Shown one piece after another: positions 1 to 12,266 of a stretch of DNA of 64,000 nt (the first letter of the stretch is position 1; every line of letters starts with the position of its first letter). The stretch comes from an uncultured Planctomycetota bacterium (lineage in GTDB: Bacteria > Planctomycetota > Planctomycetia > Isosphaerales > Isosphaeraceae): assembly GCA_963823665.1 (NCBI GenBank), contig CAWGMQ010000010.1, positions 352,001 through 416,000 on the forward strand, given 5' to 3'. The notes beneath the pieces are model-generated. The model was not told the DNA's origin, did not search any database, and worked only from the letters and a program-made list of their open reading frames with translations. Made by a program: the position numbers and the translations under genes.

Positions 1-330
1 GCCATCTCCGGGGTAGGAGGCGGGCCCGTGAATCAGCTCTTGAAGGACGAGGTGTCGTGTGGGGTGCTTCTCGAGTGCCGCAGTGACGAGTACTTTCTTG
101 AATGTCGGAATGTTTCCGTGCAGGTCGCCGACGACCATTACATCGGACGCATCTTCGAGGGAAATGATGCCGCCAGATCGGCCCGGGGTGTTGCGAAACA
201 GGTCGGTCGCGCGGCGGATTGTCGAGAGAACTTTGCGTGGGTCGGGCATGAATTGGGCTCATCAGACGGTTGCGCGGAGCGGCTGCCGGCGATCTGGTGC
301 GTGGCTTTGCGGGCGGAAAAAAGCTCATCT

Positions 331-2247
<1,917 letters not shown>

Positions 2248-2451
2248 TTATGGAGATCGCAGGATGCTGCCCGGGAGATGCCCCTTCGCGGAGCGAAGGG
2301 CGACTCTGGGATGAGGATCGTTTAGGGCTCAATTGTCGCAGATCGGCCTCGACAAGGGCAAGCTCTCTGGCTGCAAGGCCCGCACCAGTTGGGATCGAGG
2401 GCCAGCCTTAGATCGGCGATAATAACGATCGAACCCTGAGGGAGGTCCTCG

Positions 2452-3009
2452 ATGGCAACCGCCGAGATGCTCGAACGGATGACGGCCGAGCAATTTCGCC
2501 AGCGACCTGATCCTGGCTATCCCGAAGAACTGGTACGGGGGAGGATCGTCGCCATGTCGGTGCCCGATCGAAGGCATGGTTATGTCTGTGGCAGGACCGT
2601 GCTCATTTTTGGAGGGTTTGTCGACGGGCACCGCCTTGGCCGCGTGATGAGCTACGACTCGAGTGTGGTCATCGATCGCGATCCCGATACGGTCCGCGGA
2701 GCGGATGTTGCCTATTACAGCTACGCCCGGCTCCCGAAGGGCCCGGTGCCGGCGGGATACGGGCCTGAGCTCCCGGAACTCGTGGTTGAGGTTTGCTCGG
2801 AGACTGACCGTTGGCCCGGAATCCTCGAGAAAGTTTCGGAATACTTGAATGCCGGCGTGCTGGTCGTGGTCGTGCTTGATTCCGAACCGCAGGTTGCGCA
2901 CGTCTTCAGCGCGCAGGCGCCGCCACGGACACTTGGAGCGGAGGATGAGCTGACGCTCCCCGGTATCCTGGAAGGCTTCGGTGTTCGGGTGGGGCGGTTC
3001 TTCGAATAG
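2452..3009 (+). CDS. Uma2/DUF820 family PD-(D/E)XK endonuclease-like protein
   Basis: ELVRGRIV...H...VRGADVAY...PELVVEV...YLNAGV pattern; GGAGG RBS upstream. Confidence 0.85.
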   Translation: MATAEMLERMTAEQFRQRPDPGYPEELVRGRIVAMSVPDRRHGYVCGRTVLIFGGFVDGHRLGRVMSYDSSVVIDRDPDTVRGADVAYYSYARLPKGPVPAGYGPELPELVVEVCSETDRWPGILEKVSEYLNAGVLVVVVLDSEPQVAHVFSAQAPPRTLGAEDELTLPGILEGFGVRVGRFFE

Positions 3010-3013
3010 CACG

Positions 3014-4117
3014 CTACCTTAGCTCGGCGGCAGGATGTGTTGCCCCAGCCATAGAAGCATCCGCTCCATGTTGTCGCGCAGGTAGGCGCAGGGAATGCGT
3101 TCCCTGGGGGTCGCGATCAAGCGTCACGGCAATTCCTCTGGTGGACGCCAGCCATGCGAACGACTCGACCTGGGCGTCGAAGTTGAAGTTGTCGCGTCCG
3201 CCGTAATTCGCGTAGATGGCGAGCTGGCCGGGCTGAAGATCCGACCGGAACAATCTGTCAGCGGGGTTCGTCTGGGCGACCTCGGGAAGGATATCGCCAT
3301 CACCGAACACGGGAGCCATGAACCGCTTGGCGCGTATCCGCATCAAGCCATGATAGTAGCTCCCGATCACAGCGTCGGGATCATAACGCTCATTCCACCG
3401 GTAGGTCGACGGGTCAAAGTCGTCAAAGTAGTATCCCTCGGCGTTGAAGTAGCGGAGGTTGAGCGCACCGGCCAGAGTGGCGACCGCACCGAAGTAGTCG
3501 TGATGGCCGATGGCCATGCTCACGGCGCCATATCCCCCCGCCGAGATTCCGATCAAAGCATGCGCTTCACGTTCGGGGCGGATCGAGAAATTCGCCGTCA
3601 GGAATGGAATCACTTCCTGAATGATGTGGTCTTCGAAGCGGCCGTTGGGGCTATTGATGAACAGGGAATGCTGCTTTTGGTGGAGCGGCGCCGGCGTACC
3701 GAAGATTCCGTCAGGGGCCGCGACGACGACCGGCGGGCACTGACCGGCCAAGATCAGCCGGTCGAGGGTCGTGAGCAGGTCCGAGTGGGTGAAGTAATTC
3801 TCGTCGAAGCCGGCCATGTGAAAGAACAGGACCAGCGGATACGCTCGGTGGGGGTCGTACCCTGGCGGTAAATAGACGCAAAGGTCTCGCCGCATCCCGA
3901 GGATCGGCGAAAAAATGCGGCGGTCGGTGCCGTGCTTGTTCGTGTAATTGACCAGCGTGCCCTGGAGCCGCCTTTCGAGGCGCCGGCTCGACAAATCCCA
4001 AGCTTGAGCTCGTACGGCCGAGACCATCGCGAGTCCGATCCACACCGCAATGACCGGCCGCGCCAACCAAGTGGTCAAGGACGAGCTCCTATCAACAGTG
4101 AGTCGTGCTCTTGGCAT
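3014..4117 (-). CDS. Putative secreted esterase (alpha/beta hydrolase); 3' end possibly frameshifted
   Basis: VYLPPGY, YPLVLFFH, GISAGG nucleophile elbow; hydrophobic N-terminal segment; start position uncertain. Confidence 0.8.
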   Translation of the reverse strand: MPRARLTVDRSSSLTTWLARPVIAVWIGLAMVSAVRAQAWDLSSRRLERRLQGTLVNYTNKHGTDRRIFSPILGMRRDLCVYLPPGYDPHRAYPLVLFFHMAGFDENYFTHSDLLTTLDRLILAGQCPPVVVAAPDGIFGTPAPLHQKQHSLFINSPNGRFEDHIIQEVIPFLTANFSIRPEREAHALIGISAGGYGAVSMAIGHHDYFGAVATLAGALNLRYFNAEGYYFDDFDPSTYRWNERYDPDAVIGSYYHGLMRIRAKRFMAPVFGDGDILPEVAQTNPADRLFRSDLQPGQLAIYANYGGRDNFNFDAQVESFAWLASTRGIAVTLDRDPQGTHSLRLPARQHGADASMAGATHPAAELR

Positions 4118-4237
4118 TCTCTGTGAGCAATATCGGATGCACCATTGCATGAGAAGCAATTCTCGTCCGGCAAATCGCGTGCTTCCGCGCCGGACGATTC
4201 CGTCGCGACGATCGTCCGACCTGAGCGGATTTTTCCG

Positions 4238-5566
4238 CTATGTTTCGTCGTCGAACGTCCGTTTTTTTCTGAGCAAGTGGTGATAGTGCTGAGCGAAACG
4301 ATGGGCCTCGTCGCGGACGTACTGGAGGAGCCGCAAAGCGAAGGAACGGCGGGAGAGAACGATGGGGTCGGGCCTGCCTTGCACAAAGATCTGCTCTTCG
4401 CGCTTGGCCAGGGCGATCACGGTTGGCGGCACGATCTTGAATGTGTCAAAGGCGGCCAGTGCAGAAGAGAGCTGGCCCTTGCCGCCGTCGATCAGCCAGA
4501 TGTCCGGCAGCGGCTCATCGCGCTCCTGCAGGCTTTTGATCCTTCGGGAGACGACCTCGCGAATCGCCGCAAAGTCGTCGATTCCTTCCACGCTCTTGAT
4601 CTGGTATTTGCGATAGCCCGGCTTGAAGGGCAAGCCGTCAACAAACCGCACCAGCGAGCCGACCATCTCATTGCCGCCCAGGTGGGCGATATCCACGCCG
4701 TCGATGGTGCGCGGCGTGGAATCGAGCTTCAACACGCGCTTCAATCCCTGCAAGCCTTTGCGGGGATCGACGTAAAACACCTCAGGCTGAGCGTGCCTCG
4801 CGAGGTTGCCCCGGAGGCTGAGATTCTCCAGCGACTTGATCTCGTCGCGCAGCCGGGCGGCTTTCTCGAACAGAAGCTGCTTGCTGGCCTCACGCATCTC
4901 GTCAGTCATTTCCTTGAGCAGAGCTTTCTTGTTGCCGTCGAGGAACATCTGGAGCCGGCGGATGCCTGCCCGGTAGCTCTCGCGATCGATCCGCAGGTTA
5001 CACGGGGCCGTGCACTGGCCGATCGACGCCAGCAGGCAGGGCCGGAACCAGCGCCAGCGCGGGTCGTCTTCCTCGATATCCAGCGAGCACGTGCGGAATT
5101 TGAAGACGCGCTGGAGGACCTGAATGGCCCCGCGCAGGGTCTTGGCCCGCGGGAAGGGGCCGTAAAGCTTCACGCCGCGGTCGCACGGCTCGCGGGTGAA
5201 GTTCACGCGGGGAAAGTCTTCGCCGGTCGTGATCTGCAAGTAGGGGAAGGTCTTGTCGTCCTTGAGGACGCGATTGTGCTTGGGCTGGATGTCCTTGACG
5301 AGGCGCGCCTCGTACAAGAGCGCATCGACTTCGCTGTCGGCGCTCAAGAACTCGATGTCGCAGACTTCGGAGATCCAATCGCAGATCCGGCGATCGCCCG
5401 TGGCCGTCTTGTGGAAGTACGAGCTGGCGCGGCTGCGCAGGTTCTTGGCCTTGCCGATATAGATCACCCGTCCCTGGGCATCCTTCATCAAGTAGAGACC
5501 GGGTGTCGTGGGGAACTGCTTCACCTTCTCGGCTGGGGAAACAACCGGCGATGGAGTGTCCGACAT
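4238..5566 (-). CDS. uvrC: UvrC-like excinuclease subunit (GIY-YIG + UVR + RNase H-like), no obvious C-terminal HhH
   Basis: PGLYLMK..IYIGKAKNLRSR, FEKAARLRD, DIAH, LIDGGKGQL, RDEAHRFA; start placed at MSDTPS. Confidence 0.88.
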   Translation of the reverse strand: MSDTPSPVVSPAEKVKQFPTTPGLYLMKDAQGRVIYIGKAKNLRSRASSYFHKTATGDRRICDWISEVCDIEFLSADSEVDALLYEARLVKDIQPKHNRVLKDDKTFPYLQITTGEDFPRVNFTREPCDRGVKLYGPFPRAKTLRGAIQVLQRVFKFRTCSLDIEEDDPRWRWFRPCLLASIGQCTAPCNLRIDRESYRAGIRRLQMFLDGNKKALLKEMTDEMREASKQLLFEKAARLRDEIKSLENLSLRGNLARHAQPEVFYVDPRKGLQGLKRVLKLDSTPRTIDGVDIAHLGGNEMVGSLVRFVDGLPFKPGYRKYQIKSVEGIDDFAAIREVVSRRIKSLQERDEPLPDIWLIDGGKGQLSSALAAFDTFKIVPPTVIALAKREEQIFVQGRPDPIVLSRRSFALRLLQYVRDEAHRFAQHYHHLLRKKRTFDDET

Positions 5567-6106
5567 ACGGCCCCCCGCGGACTTGAGACAGGTACGACAC
5601 TCTGCGATTGACGTCAAGGTCGCCGCCGAGCGGCACAAGGGACGTACCCACGCGGGGCGCCGGAGCGACCATCGCCGCCGCCGGGATCTCGCGGCCCGGT
5701 AGCGGTTGGTCCAGCCTGGTGGTATTTTTCGCTCAGGCAAGATGATTGGTCAAGGCGTGATGACGTGCACCCAAGCGAGCGCGGCGCACGTCAGCTCTCG
5801 CGAGCGTCCGTGGATGGGTAAATTGGTCAATCGAAGGGTCGCTCGCATCGCCCCCTCGTTCCGATGCTCCGCGTCGAAACGTCCCCGGTGCCGCTCTGCG
5901 GCGACGCAATCGTGGCCATCCACCCTGTCTCCGGCGCCCAACCAGTTCGTTTTGTATATTCGACGCGCAGCCCTTTCGCAGTAAGGATTAAGGGAACGAA
6001 ATCCTCCACGCTCGTTCATCGGAAACGCACCGGCAGATCCGATCCGATGGTCGCCTTTCCTCCGCGAAGGGATTCTGAAGTTATCCAGATTATTGCCCTT
6101 CGCTCC

Positions 6107-7758
6107 GAGGCTGTGATTTTTTCGGCGTTGGGGTTGATTTTGTATAGTGTTCACGTTCTAATACCATGCATGTAGTCCGCCGCATGAGCCCCACGCAGCC
6201 CCGGTGTTGCAGGACGAGCGTCATGACACTTCCTCTCTTTAGCCCAGAAGACTTGCCCGATCAGCCCTCTCCCGCCCAGGCTGCCCAGTCGATGCCAACT
6301 GGCAAGCCGCGGCTGCGGTGTCCCGTACGCGACCAGATCGAGATGCGCTGGGCATCGCTCGATGAATTGCTCGAGGCCGACCATCCGGCCCGGGTCGTCT
6401 GGGCGGCGGTCTGCAAGCTCGATCTGAAGGCCTGGCTCGGCGAGATCAAGGCCGTCGAGCGACATGTCGGCCGAGATGCCACCGACCCGCGCTTGCTGGT
6501 CGGATTGCGGGTTTTCGCCACATTGAAGGGAGTCGGCAGCGCCCGTGAAATCGAACGGCTGTGCGAAAAGAACCAAGGGAGTCTGCCGTACCAGTGGCTG
6601 TGCGGCGGCGTAACCGTCAACCACAGCATGTTGTCCCACTTCCTCGCTTGTGGGGGCGAGAAGTTGAACGAACTGCTCACGCAGATCGTGGGCACCCTGC
6701 TCCATGCGGGGTTGGTGAAAATGGACCGGGTCGCTCAGGACGGAATGAGAGTGCGTGCCAGCGCGGGCAAGAGCTCGTTTCGTCGTCGCGGTAGCCTGGA
6801 GGAGTGCCTGAAAGCGGCGAAGGAGCAGGTTGAGGCGCTGAAGAAACTGGCCGAGGAGGACACAGCAGAGCTGACTCGACGGCAGCGAGCGGCGCGGGAG
6901 CGTGCCGCCAACAAGCGACAGCAACGGATCGAAGAAGCGATGCGGCAGTGCGAGGAGCTGCAACGCGAACGTGACGAGTCCTACGGCCGCAAGGGGCGGG
7001 AAGCGCGTGCTTCGACCACCGACCCCGACGCGAGGATCATGAAGTTTCCAGACGGAGGATTCCGGCCGGGATATAACGTTCAATTCACAACAGACACCGA
7101 AAGCGGTGTGATTGTGGGTGTGGAGGTGACCAACGCAGGGAACGATGGCGAAGAACTTCCGCCCATGCTCGACCAGTTGGAGGAGCGTTACGAACGAATT
7201 CCGGATGAGGCATTGGTTGACGGTGGCTTCACGACCAAGGACTCGATCGATCAGGCGGCCCAACGCGGCTGCATCGTATACGGGCCGATCAGAGACGAGA
7301 AAAAGAAACAGGCAAATGGAGAAGATCCCTACACCGCAAAGAAGGGCGACAGCGAAGCGGTTGCCGCTTGGCGGATCCGAATGGGGACCGAGGCCGCGAA
7401 GCTGATCTACCGGCTGCGAGGCCAAACAGCCGAGTGGGTCAACGCCCAGGCTCGCAATCGAGGATTCTGGTTTATGCCCGTGCGTGGCCAACCGCGTTGC
7501 CGCGCCGTCGCATTGTTGTTTGCAATTGCTCACAAGCTGGTTGTCGCAGGGAGACTGCGCCCAGCGATGGGCAAACTGGCGGAATGAGCGGTACTTTGCA
7601 AAAAAGGGACAAAATAGGAAAGCGCGTTTGCGTCAACGGCTGGGCTATTGGAGAACTGGCGTGAATCGGCGGCACTAACCGAGCGACCAAGCGGTGAATC
7701 ACAGCCGACTAGGCCCAACGGCCGAGTTACCGCAACGCGGCCAAAAGATGACAGCCTC
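6107..7758 (+). mobile_element. IS1182-family insertion sequence
   Basis: Imperfect terminal IRs GAGGCTGTGATTTTTT (6107-6122) and AAAAGATGACAGCCTC (7743-7758), 14/16 match; TCC on both flanks (6104-6106, 7759-7761); single DDE transposase. Confidence 0.72.
6223..7587 (+). CDS. IS1182-family DDE transposase
   Basis: DHPARVVW, SAREIE, AQDGMRVRASA, STTDPDARIMK, GYNVQ, VDGGF, RGQTAEWVNA motifs. Confidence 0.85.
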   Translation: MTLPLFSPEDLPDQPSPAQAAQSMPTGKPRLRCPVRDQIEMRWASLDELLEADHPARVVWAAVCKLDLKAWLGEIKAVERHVGRDATDPRLLVGLRVFATLKGVGSAREIERLCEKNQGSLPYQWLCGGVTVNHSMLSHFLACGGEKLNELLTQIVGTLLHAGLVKMDRVAQDGMRVRASAGKSSFRRRGSLEECLKAAKEQVEALKKLAEEDTAELTRRQRAARERAANKRQQRIEEAMRQCEELQRERDESYGRKGREARASTTDPDARIMKFPDGGFRPGYNVQFTTDTESGVIVGVEVTNAGNDGEELPPMLDQLEERYERIPDEALVDGGFTTKDSIDQAAQRGCIVYGPIRDEKKKQANGEDPYTAKKGDSEAVAAWRIRMGTEAAKLIYRLRGQTAEWVNAQARNRGFWFMPVRGQPRCRAVALLFAIAHKLVVAGRLRPAMGKLAE

Positions 7759-8461
7759 TCCGCGAAGTGACCTCCCCGTTCCCGTGCACTCCATCGGAAT
7801 GACAATTGGAATAGGACATCTCGCGACGTGGTAATGGATGAAATGGGATTCGAGCCGCGGACCAACCAGCATGGTTGCCCAGGCTACGGCCAGCTTCACG
7901 ACGCCTCGCCGGGCCATCCGCGCCGACTGAATGCCTCCCCGCACCGTGGGGGAGATTCCGCAGTCTGCGGCGGTGGTGGGGGCGTGCGGGCAGACGGCCG
8001 CGCAGCCCAATGGTGACTCGACCACAATGCCCGCACCCGGCCCGCTGTTATTATTATGCGACAGATTCTTGGCATTAGCCATTTCTCGATCGCACTTGTC
8101 AATTCTCGTGTAAATCGCAAGCTCAATCGCCATAGGTGATTAACTGCTGAAGATTCTCACAATGTTGTGCCCGTTCAATACACTTTGAAACGCCATCCCT
8201 GCCCCCCACCGTGGGGGCCATGCCGCCGCACGTGGCGGTGGGAGGGCGGGCAGGCGTGAGGCCATAGCCTCCGGCAGCGTGACAAACGCGAGCGGATGTG
8301 AGACATCTTCCGCTTCCTCGCAGCATCAACGCGCCTGACAATGCCCGCTGCCGAAGCCTCCAGCGCGTCGCCGACGGCGAATTCCCTTGACCGGGCATTC
8401 GCCGGGCAGATAATGCAAATAGTTGAGCGAAAGCTCAGAACCACGTTCTGTTCGATTTACG

Positions 8462-8826
8462 GGGGGCGAACCAGGATCGACCGGATGTCTGACGCGACTG
8501 GTGGCGTGCCGAGGTTGGTCAGCGGGCCTCGTAAAAAGCAGACCAAAACTTTAAGTGCCAACAGCAATGTTGCACTCCGTCTCGCTGCCTAAAAAACAGC
8601 AACGGCCTCGCGCCGCGTCTTCGCCCGAGAGACGCGGCCGGGGACGCTAATTCGGGATCGCTCGAGCCTAACCGCCGGTTGCGGCTCGGGTTAAATTCAT
8701 GACTGGCTACGCCGAATAGAACCCTGCCGATCGGGGTCTCAAGGCCGACAATCAAACGATCGGATACGCACGTAGAGGCCGTCGTTGATGCTTCTCGGGA
8801 CGCGGGTGCAATTCCCGCCGCCTCCA
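8462..8826 (+). ncRNA. ssrA: tmRNA (transfer-messenger RNA)
   Basis: 5' GGGGGCG...GGATCGAC; 3' T-arm and acceptor GACGCGGGTGCAATTCCCGCCGCCTCCA; internal tag ORF 8557-8592 = ANSNVALRLAA* preceded by TTAAGT. Confidence 0.96.
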
Positions 8827-8828
8827 CT
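8812..8828 (+). repeat. attL core (17-bp direct repeat, 3' end of ssrA)
   Basis: TTCCCGCCGCCTCCACT, identical to 63542-63558. Confidence 0.92.
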
Positions 8829-8833
8829 ATCTG

Positions 8834-8866
8834 ACCCGGCTTGCGGAATCGCAAGCCGGGTTTTTT
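8834..8866 (+). terminator. Intrinsic terminator after ssrA (supplied by the island)
   Basis: ACCCGGCTTGCG-GAAT-CGCAAGCCGGGT followed by a T run. Confidence 0.9.
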
Positions 8867-8918
8867 CATGGATTTACATCAATGCCATAGGCTGCGAAAA
8901 GACTTACGGAAACGCACT

Positions 8919-8963
8919 GTGTCAGATAACGTGTCAGATAAAGGGCTTGAAGGTGTCAGATAA
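8919..8963 (+). repeat. Three GTGTCAGATAA repeats (putative integrase arm-type sites, left)
   Basis: Copies at 8919, 8931 and 8953; same motif twice near attR. Confidence 0.75.
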
Positions 8964-9016
8964 GAGCCGGTAACATGGTCCCGTTTGGTGGACAGAGACC
9001 CAGATGGACCAAAATC

Positions 9017-10714
9017 ATGGCGACACGCAAGCGTGATCTCCGGCCGGATGCCAAAGGGCGTTATCGCCCGTACATCGGGTGGTATCAAGGTATCAACGAC
9101 GACGAAGAAAGGAGGCAGCCTCGGTTCAACCTCGGCACCGATCTGAAAGAAGCCGAGCGACGGCTCACGAGGATCAGGGAGCTTTACGAGGATAACTGCC
9201 GAGCGGTCAATCGGGACGGGTGGTCGACACAGGCGCTTGGATTCGCAAAAGAGATCGCTCGGGGTGACCGGCGTATTGTGTACCCGACATTCTCGGATGT
9301 GATCGACCAGGACTACCCGCTGCTCGAATTCGCCCAGATGCATCACAACATCCGGGACATGTACCCCTCTGTCGAGTTCGTCGCAGATCCGCAACTCTAC
9401 AGCGAGTCGCTTGAACTCAATAAGAAAAATGTCTCCGAGCGTCTGAGATTACTAGAAGGCGAGCTTCGGCAAGAGGGTTTCCTTCCGCCGAACGCTGAAC
9501 TTCCACACGAAATTATCCCCGGCACGCTACACGAAGCCCTCAGCGCCTACATGCAGGATATTCAGAGGCATAACGTTGCTCCGGGAACCAGCGAAACGAC
9601 AAGCTATGGTCTGCGAAGGCTGGAACGGATCGAGACGTTCAGAGAACACCATCCTGACATCGACCTGCATTCACTAAACTACGACGAGTGCAAAGCGATG
9701 GTTGACTACTGGCGTAGCCGTCCTCCTCGGAAAGACGGCAAGCCGTCGAGCCATGCCAACTCCCGGCATAATGTCGGAGAGTTGATGCGGTTCTTTCGCT
9801 GGCTCGACTCGTCTTCGGCGTTTGGCTGGCAGATGCCAAGGACGCTGGAACGAGTGGAACGCAAGGTTCCGAGAACTGATGGCGAGCGGCGGCTCTCGGC
9901 GATCACGAAGGAAATTTATACTGTCCATGAACTTGCAGAAATAAACCGCCACGCCACGCCCGTTGAACGGCTATTGCTCTATCTGGGACTGAATTGTGCG
10001 ATGGGTGCTGCGGAACTTGGGCGACTGGTCCAGTGCGACTTTTTCCTTCGCCAACCCCATGAGCTTGCTGACCGTCTGCACTTTCAATCGACACCCGAAG
10101 ACTCGTTCGCCCGATTCCTACGTCCCAAGACGCAGGTTTTCGGTGAGTGGCTCCTTTGGGCCGAGACCGTGCAGATGGTCGAATGGGGTCTGAACGAATC
10201 CAGACGCCTCAAGTCCGACGTACTCTTCGTGTCTGAACGTGGACAACCCTGGTATCGGGAACGAACTCAGAATCCGCACTCGAAGTTCACAAACGTTTGG
10301 GACAGATTGATTCGTCGAGTGCAAAAGTCGGACTCTGGGTTCCGACGCCTGCCGGTAGGGACATTGCGGGATACGCTTCCTGATCTGCTTCGCCACCGAT
10401 GTACCGACGAGATTGCGTCATTGTCGCTGGCGCACGGCTCCCCGTTCCACGGGGACAGCCTCCTGGAATGCTATGCGGGCAGGCCGTTCGGGCGATTGCA
10501 CACGGCCTTGAGGGAGATTCGTGCCTACTTCGACCCAGTCTTTGCTGCCGCTCCTGCTGATTCGACCGAGGAGGGAAAGCACTATCTGCCGATCGCTGTT
10601 CACGAGAAGGTCCGAGCGTTGATCGCCGAGGGCAAGACCGCACCCCAGATTGCCAGGGAATGCGGTGTCTCAGCGATGACCGTGTATCGAGCGATGGGAC
10701 GTTACGACTACTGA
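9017..10714 (+). CDS. Atypical tyrosine recombinase/integrase with C-terminal HTH
   Basis: Adjacent to attL; LGLNCAMGAAEL, RPKT, GTLRDT, LAHG, LECY resemble degenerate box I/II; C-terminal IARECGVSAMTVYR HTH. Confidence 0.72.
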   Translation: MATRKRDLRPDAKGRYRPYIGWYQGINDDEERRQPRFNLGTDLKEAERRLTRIRELYEDNCRAVNRDGWSTQALGFAKEIARGDRRIVYPTFSDVIDQDYPLLEFAQMHHNIRDMYPSVEFVADPQLYSESLELNKKNVSERLRLLEGELRQEGFLPPNAELPHEIIPGTLHEALSAYMQDIQRHNVAPGTSETTSYGLRRLERIETFREHHPDIDLHSLNYDECKAMVDYWRSRPPRKDGKPSSHANSRHNVGELMRFFRWLDSSSAFGWQMPRTLERVERKVPRTDGERRLSAITKEIYTVHELAEINRHATPVERLLLYLGLNCAMGAAELGRLVQCDFFLRQPHELADRLHFQSTPEDSFARFLRPKTQVFGEWLLWAETVQMVEWGLNESRRLKSDVLFVSERGQPWYRERTQNPHSKFTNVWDRLIRRVQKSDSGFRRLPVGTLRDTLPDLLRHRCTDEIASLSLAHGSPFHGDSLLECYAGRPFGRLHTALREIRAYFDPVFAAAPADSTEEGKHYLPIAVHEKVRALIAEGKTAPQIARECGVSAMTVYRAMGRYDY

Positions 10715-10798
10715 TTTTCTTTGAAACCGACACCGTCTAGAAGGGCGTTCGACCAATCAACGTGGTTGGTCCTGAAACCCTCTGATAACGGTGTCTCA

Positions 10799-12116
10799 AT
10801 GTCCGAAAACCAATCCGTTTGCTGCGCCTTCTGCTTCAATCACGATGTGCCGCTCTTTGAAGGCGGCTTCGATCCACCCGTCCACATCTGCGCCTTCTGT
10901 GCAACCAGAGCCCTTGCCGAGATCTCTCCCCAACCAGTCCCAGAACCAGCCCCGCCTCCTGAGCGCCCAACCAAAGAGGCACGCCTCGCCTCGATCCCAT
11001 CCCCGAAGTCATTGGTTGCCCATCTCAATCAACACGTTATCGGGCAGGATGTCGCCAAAAGGCGGCTGGCTTTGGGCGTCAGCAACCACTTCAAACGTCT
11101 CGTCGATAACTGGGATCGTGACGATCCCGATCCAATCATCGCCGACGCCGATTTGCACAATGTGCGAATTGAGAAGAGCAACATCCTGCTCATTGGTCCA
11201 TCGGGCAGCGGCAAAACTCACTTGGTGAAGTCTCTGGCTTCCCACCTCAACGTCCCGGTCGCCATCGGTGATGCCACGTCACTGACCGAGGCCGGATACG
11301 TCGGCGAGGACGTGGAGAGCCTGCTCTCCAGATTGATTCTGGCAGCCAACGGCGACCTCAGTGCCGCCCAGGGCGGCATCATTTACCTCGACGAGATCGA
11401 CAAGATCAAGGCAAGCGGTTTTGGCTACAAGGACATGAGGCTCGGCGTCCAACACGGCTTGCTCAAGATTCTCGAAGGGTGTATCGCCACTGTCCCACCC
11501 CTTGGCGGCTACAAACATCCGATGCAGCCGGGCATTCCCTTCGACACGACCAATGTCCTGTTTATTTGCGGCGGGGCGTTTGTGGGGCTGGAGGAAATCA
11601 TCGCCAAGAGGCTCGGAAAGGGTGGTTTCGGATTCGATCAGTTGTCTGAAGATTACCAGGTAGAGGCTGATGGGTTGCTGCGGTTGGTCAAGCCTGAAGA
11701 CTTGGAGGCGTTCGGCTTGATCCCGGAGATCATCGGTCGGCTGCCGGTGATCGCACCGCTGGATGCCTTGGACGTTGAGGATCTGGCCCGCATTCTACAA
11801 TCCACGAAAGGGTCTTTGATCCAGCAGTTCAGAAAGCTCGTCAGGTTTCACGGTGGGGACTTGTCGTTCACCGATACTGCGATCAAAGAGATCGCCAGGA
11901 TTGCCTTGGAGCGTGGTACGGGAGCCAGGGGCGCTTCGATCGGTCGTTGAGGAGGTTCTGGAAGGGGTTTTGTTCGATGTCGAGGCGGGCGTGAGGTACA
12001 TCGTGAACGAACAGACTGTCAGAGGCGGGGAGCCAACGACGCAGAGCATGGCGTTGCCCAGGGCACCATTGAATTCTTTTCTGATCAAGAGGCGAATCTC
12101 TAACAGATTGTCTTGA
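10799..12116 (+). CDS. clpX: ClpX-like AAA+ unfoldase; one-base frameshift near 11930 (ORFs ending 11950 and 12116)
   Basis: CAFC..CAFC Zn finger, KSNILLIGPSGSGKT, DATSLTEAGYVGEDVE, LDEIDK, FICGGAFVGL, FGLIPEIIGRLP; removing one G restores ERGTGARALRSVVEE. Confidence 0.88.
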
Positions 12117-12266
12117 AATAGTTTAAATGCACAATGGCTCGTGGCGTTGTTCCAAATCATCACTTGCACGCCAATCTCTAGATTGTATTCTGCGTGATTA
12201 ATTGACTTCAATGAATGCATTCAGTATTATTCACGGGGACAAGAGAGTTCTTTCAGGAGCGCAGAG

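Noticed and set aside
6109..7706. Alternative IS1182 ends GGCTGTGATT / AATCACAGCC
   Set aside because: The longer 16-bp IR pair ending at 7758, with a TCC duplication, fits better; the 7697 copy may be a subterminal repeat
8797..8829. tRNA gene
   Set aside because: It is the tRNA-like 3' domain of tmRNA; the tag ORF and 5' acceptor strand lie upstream
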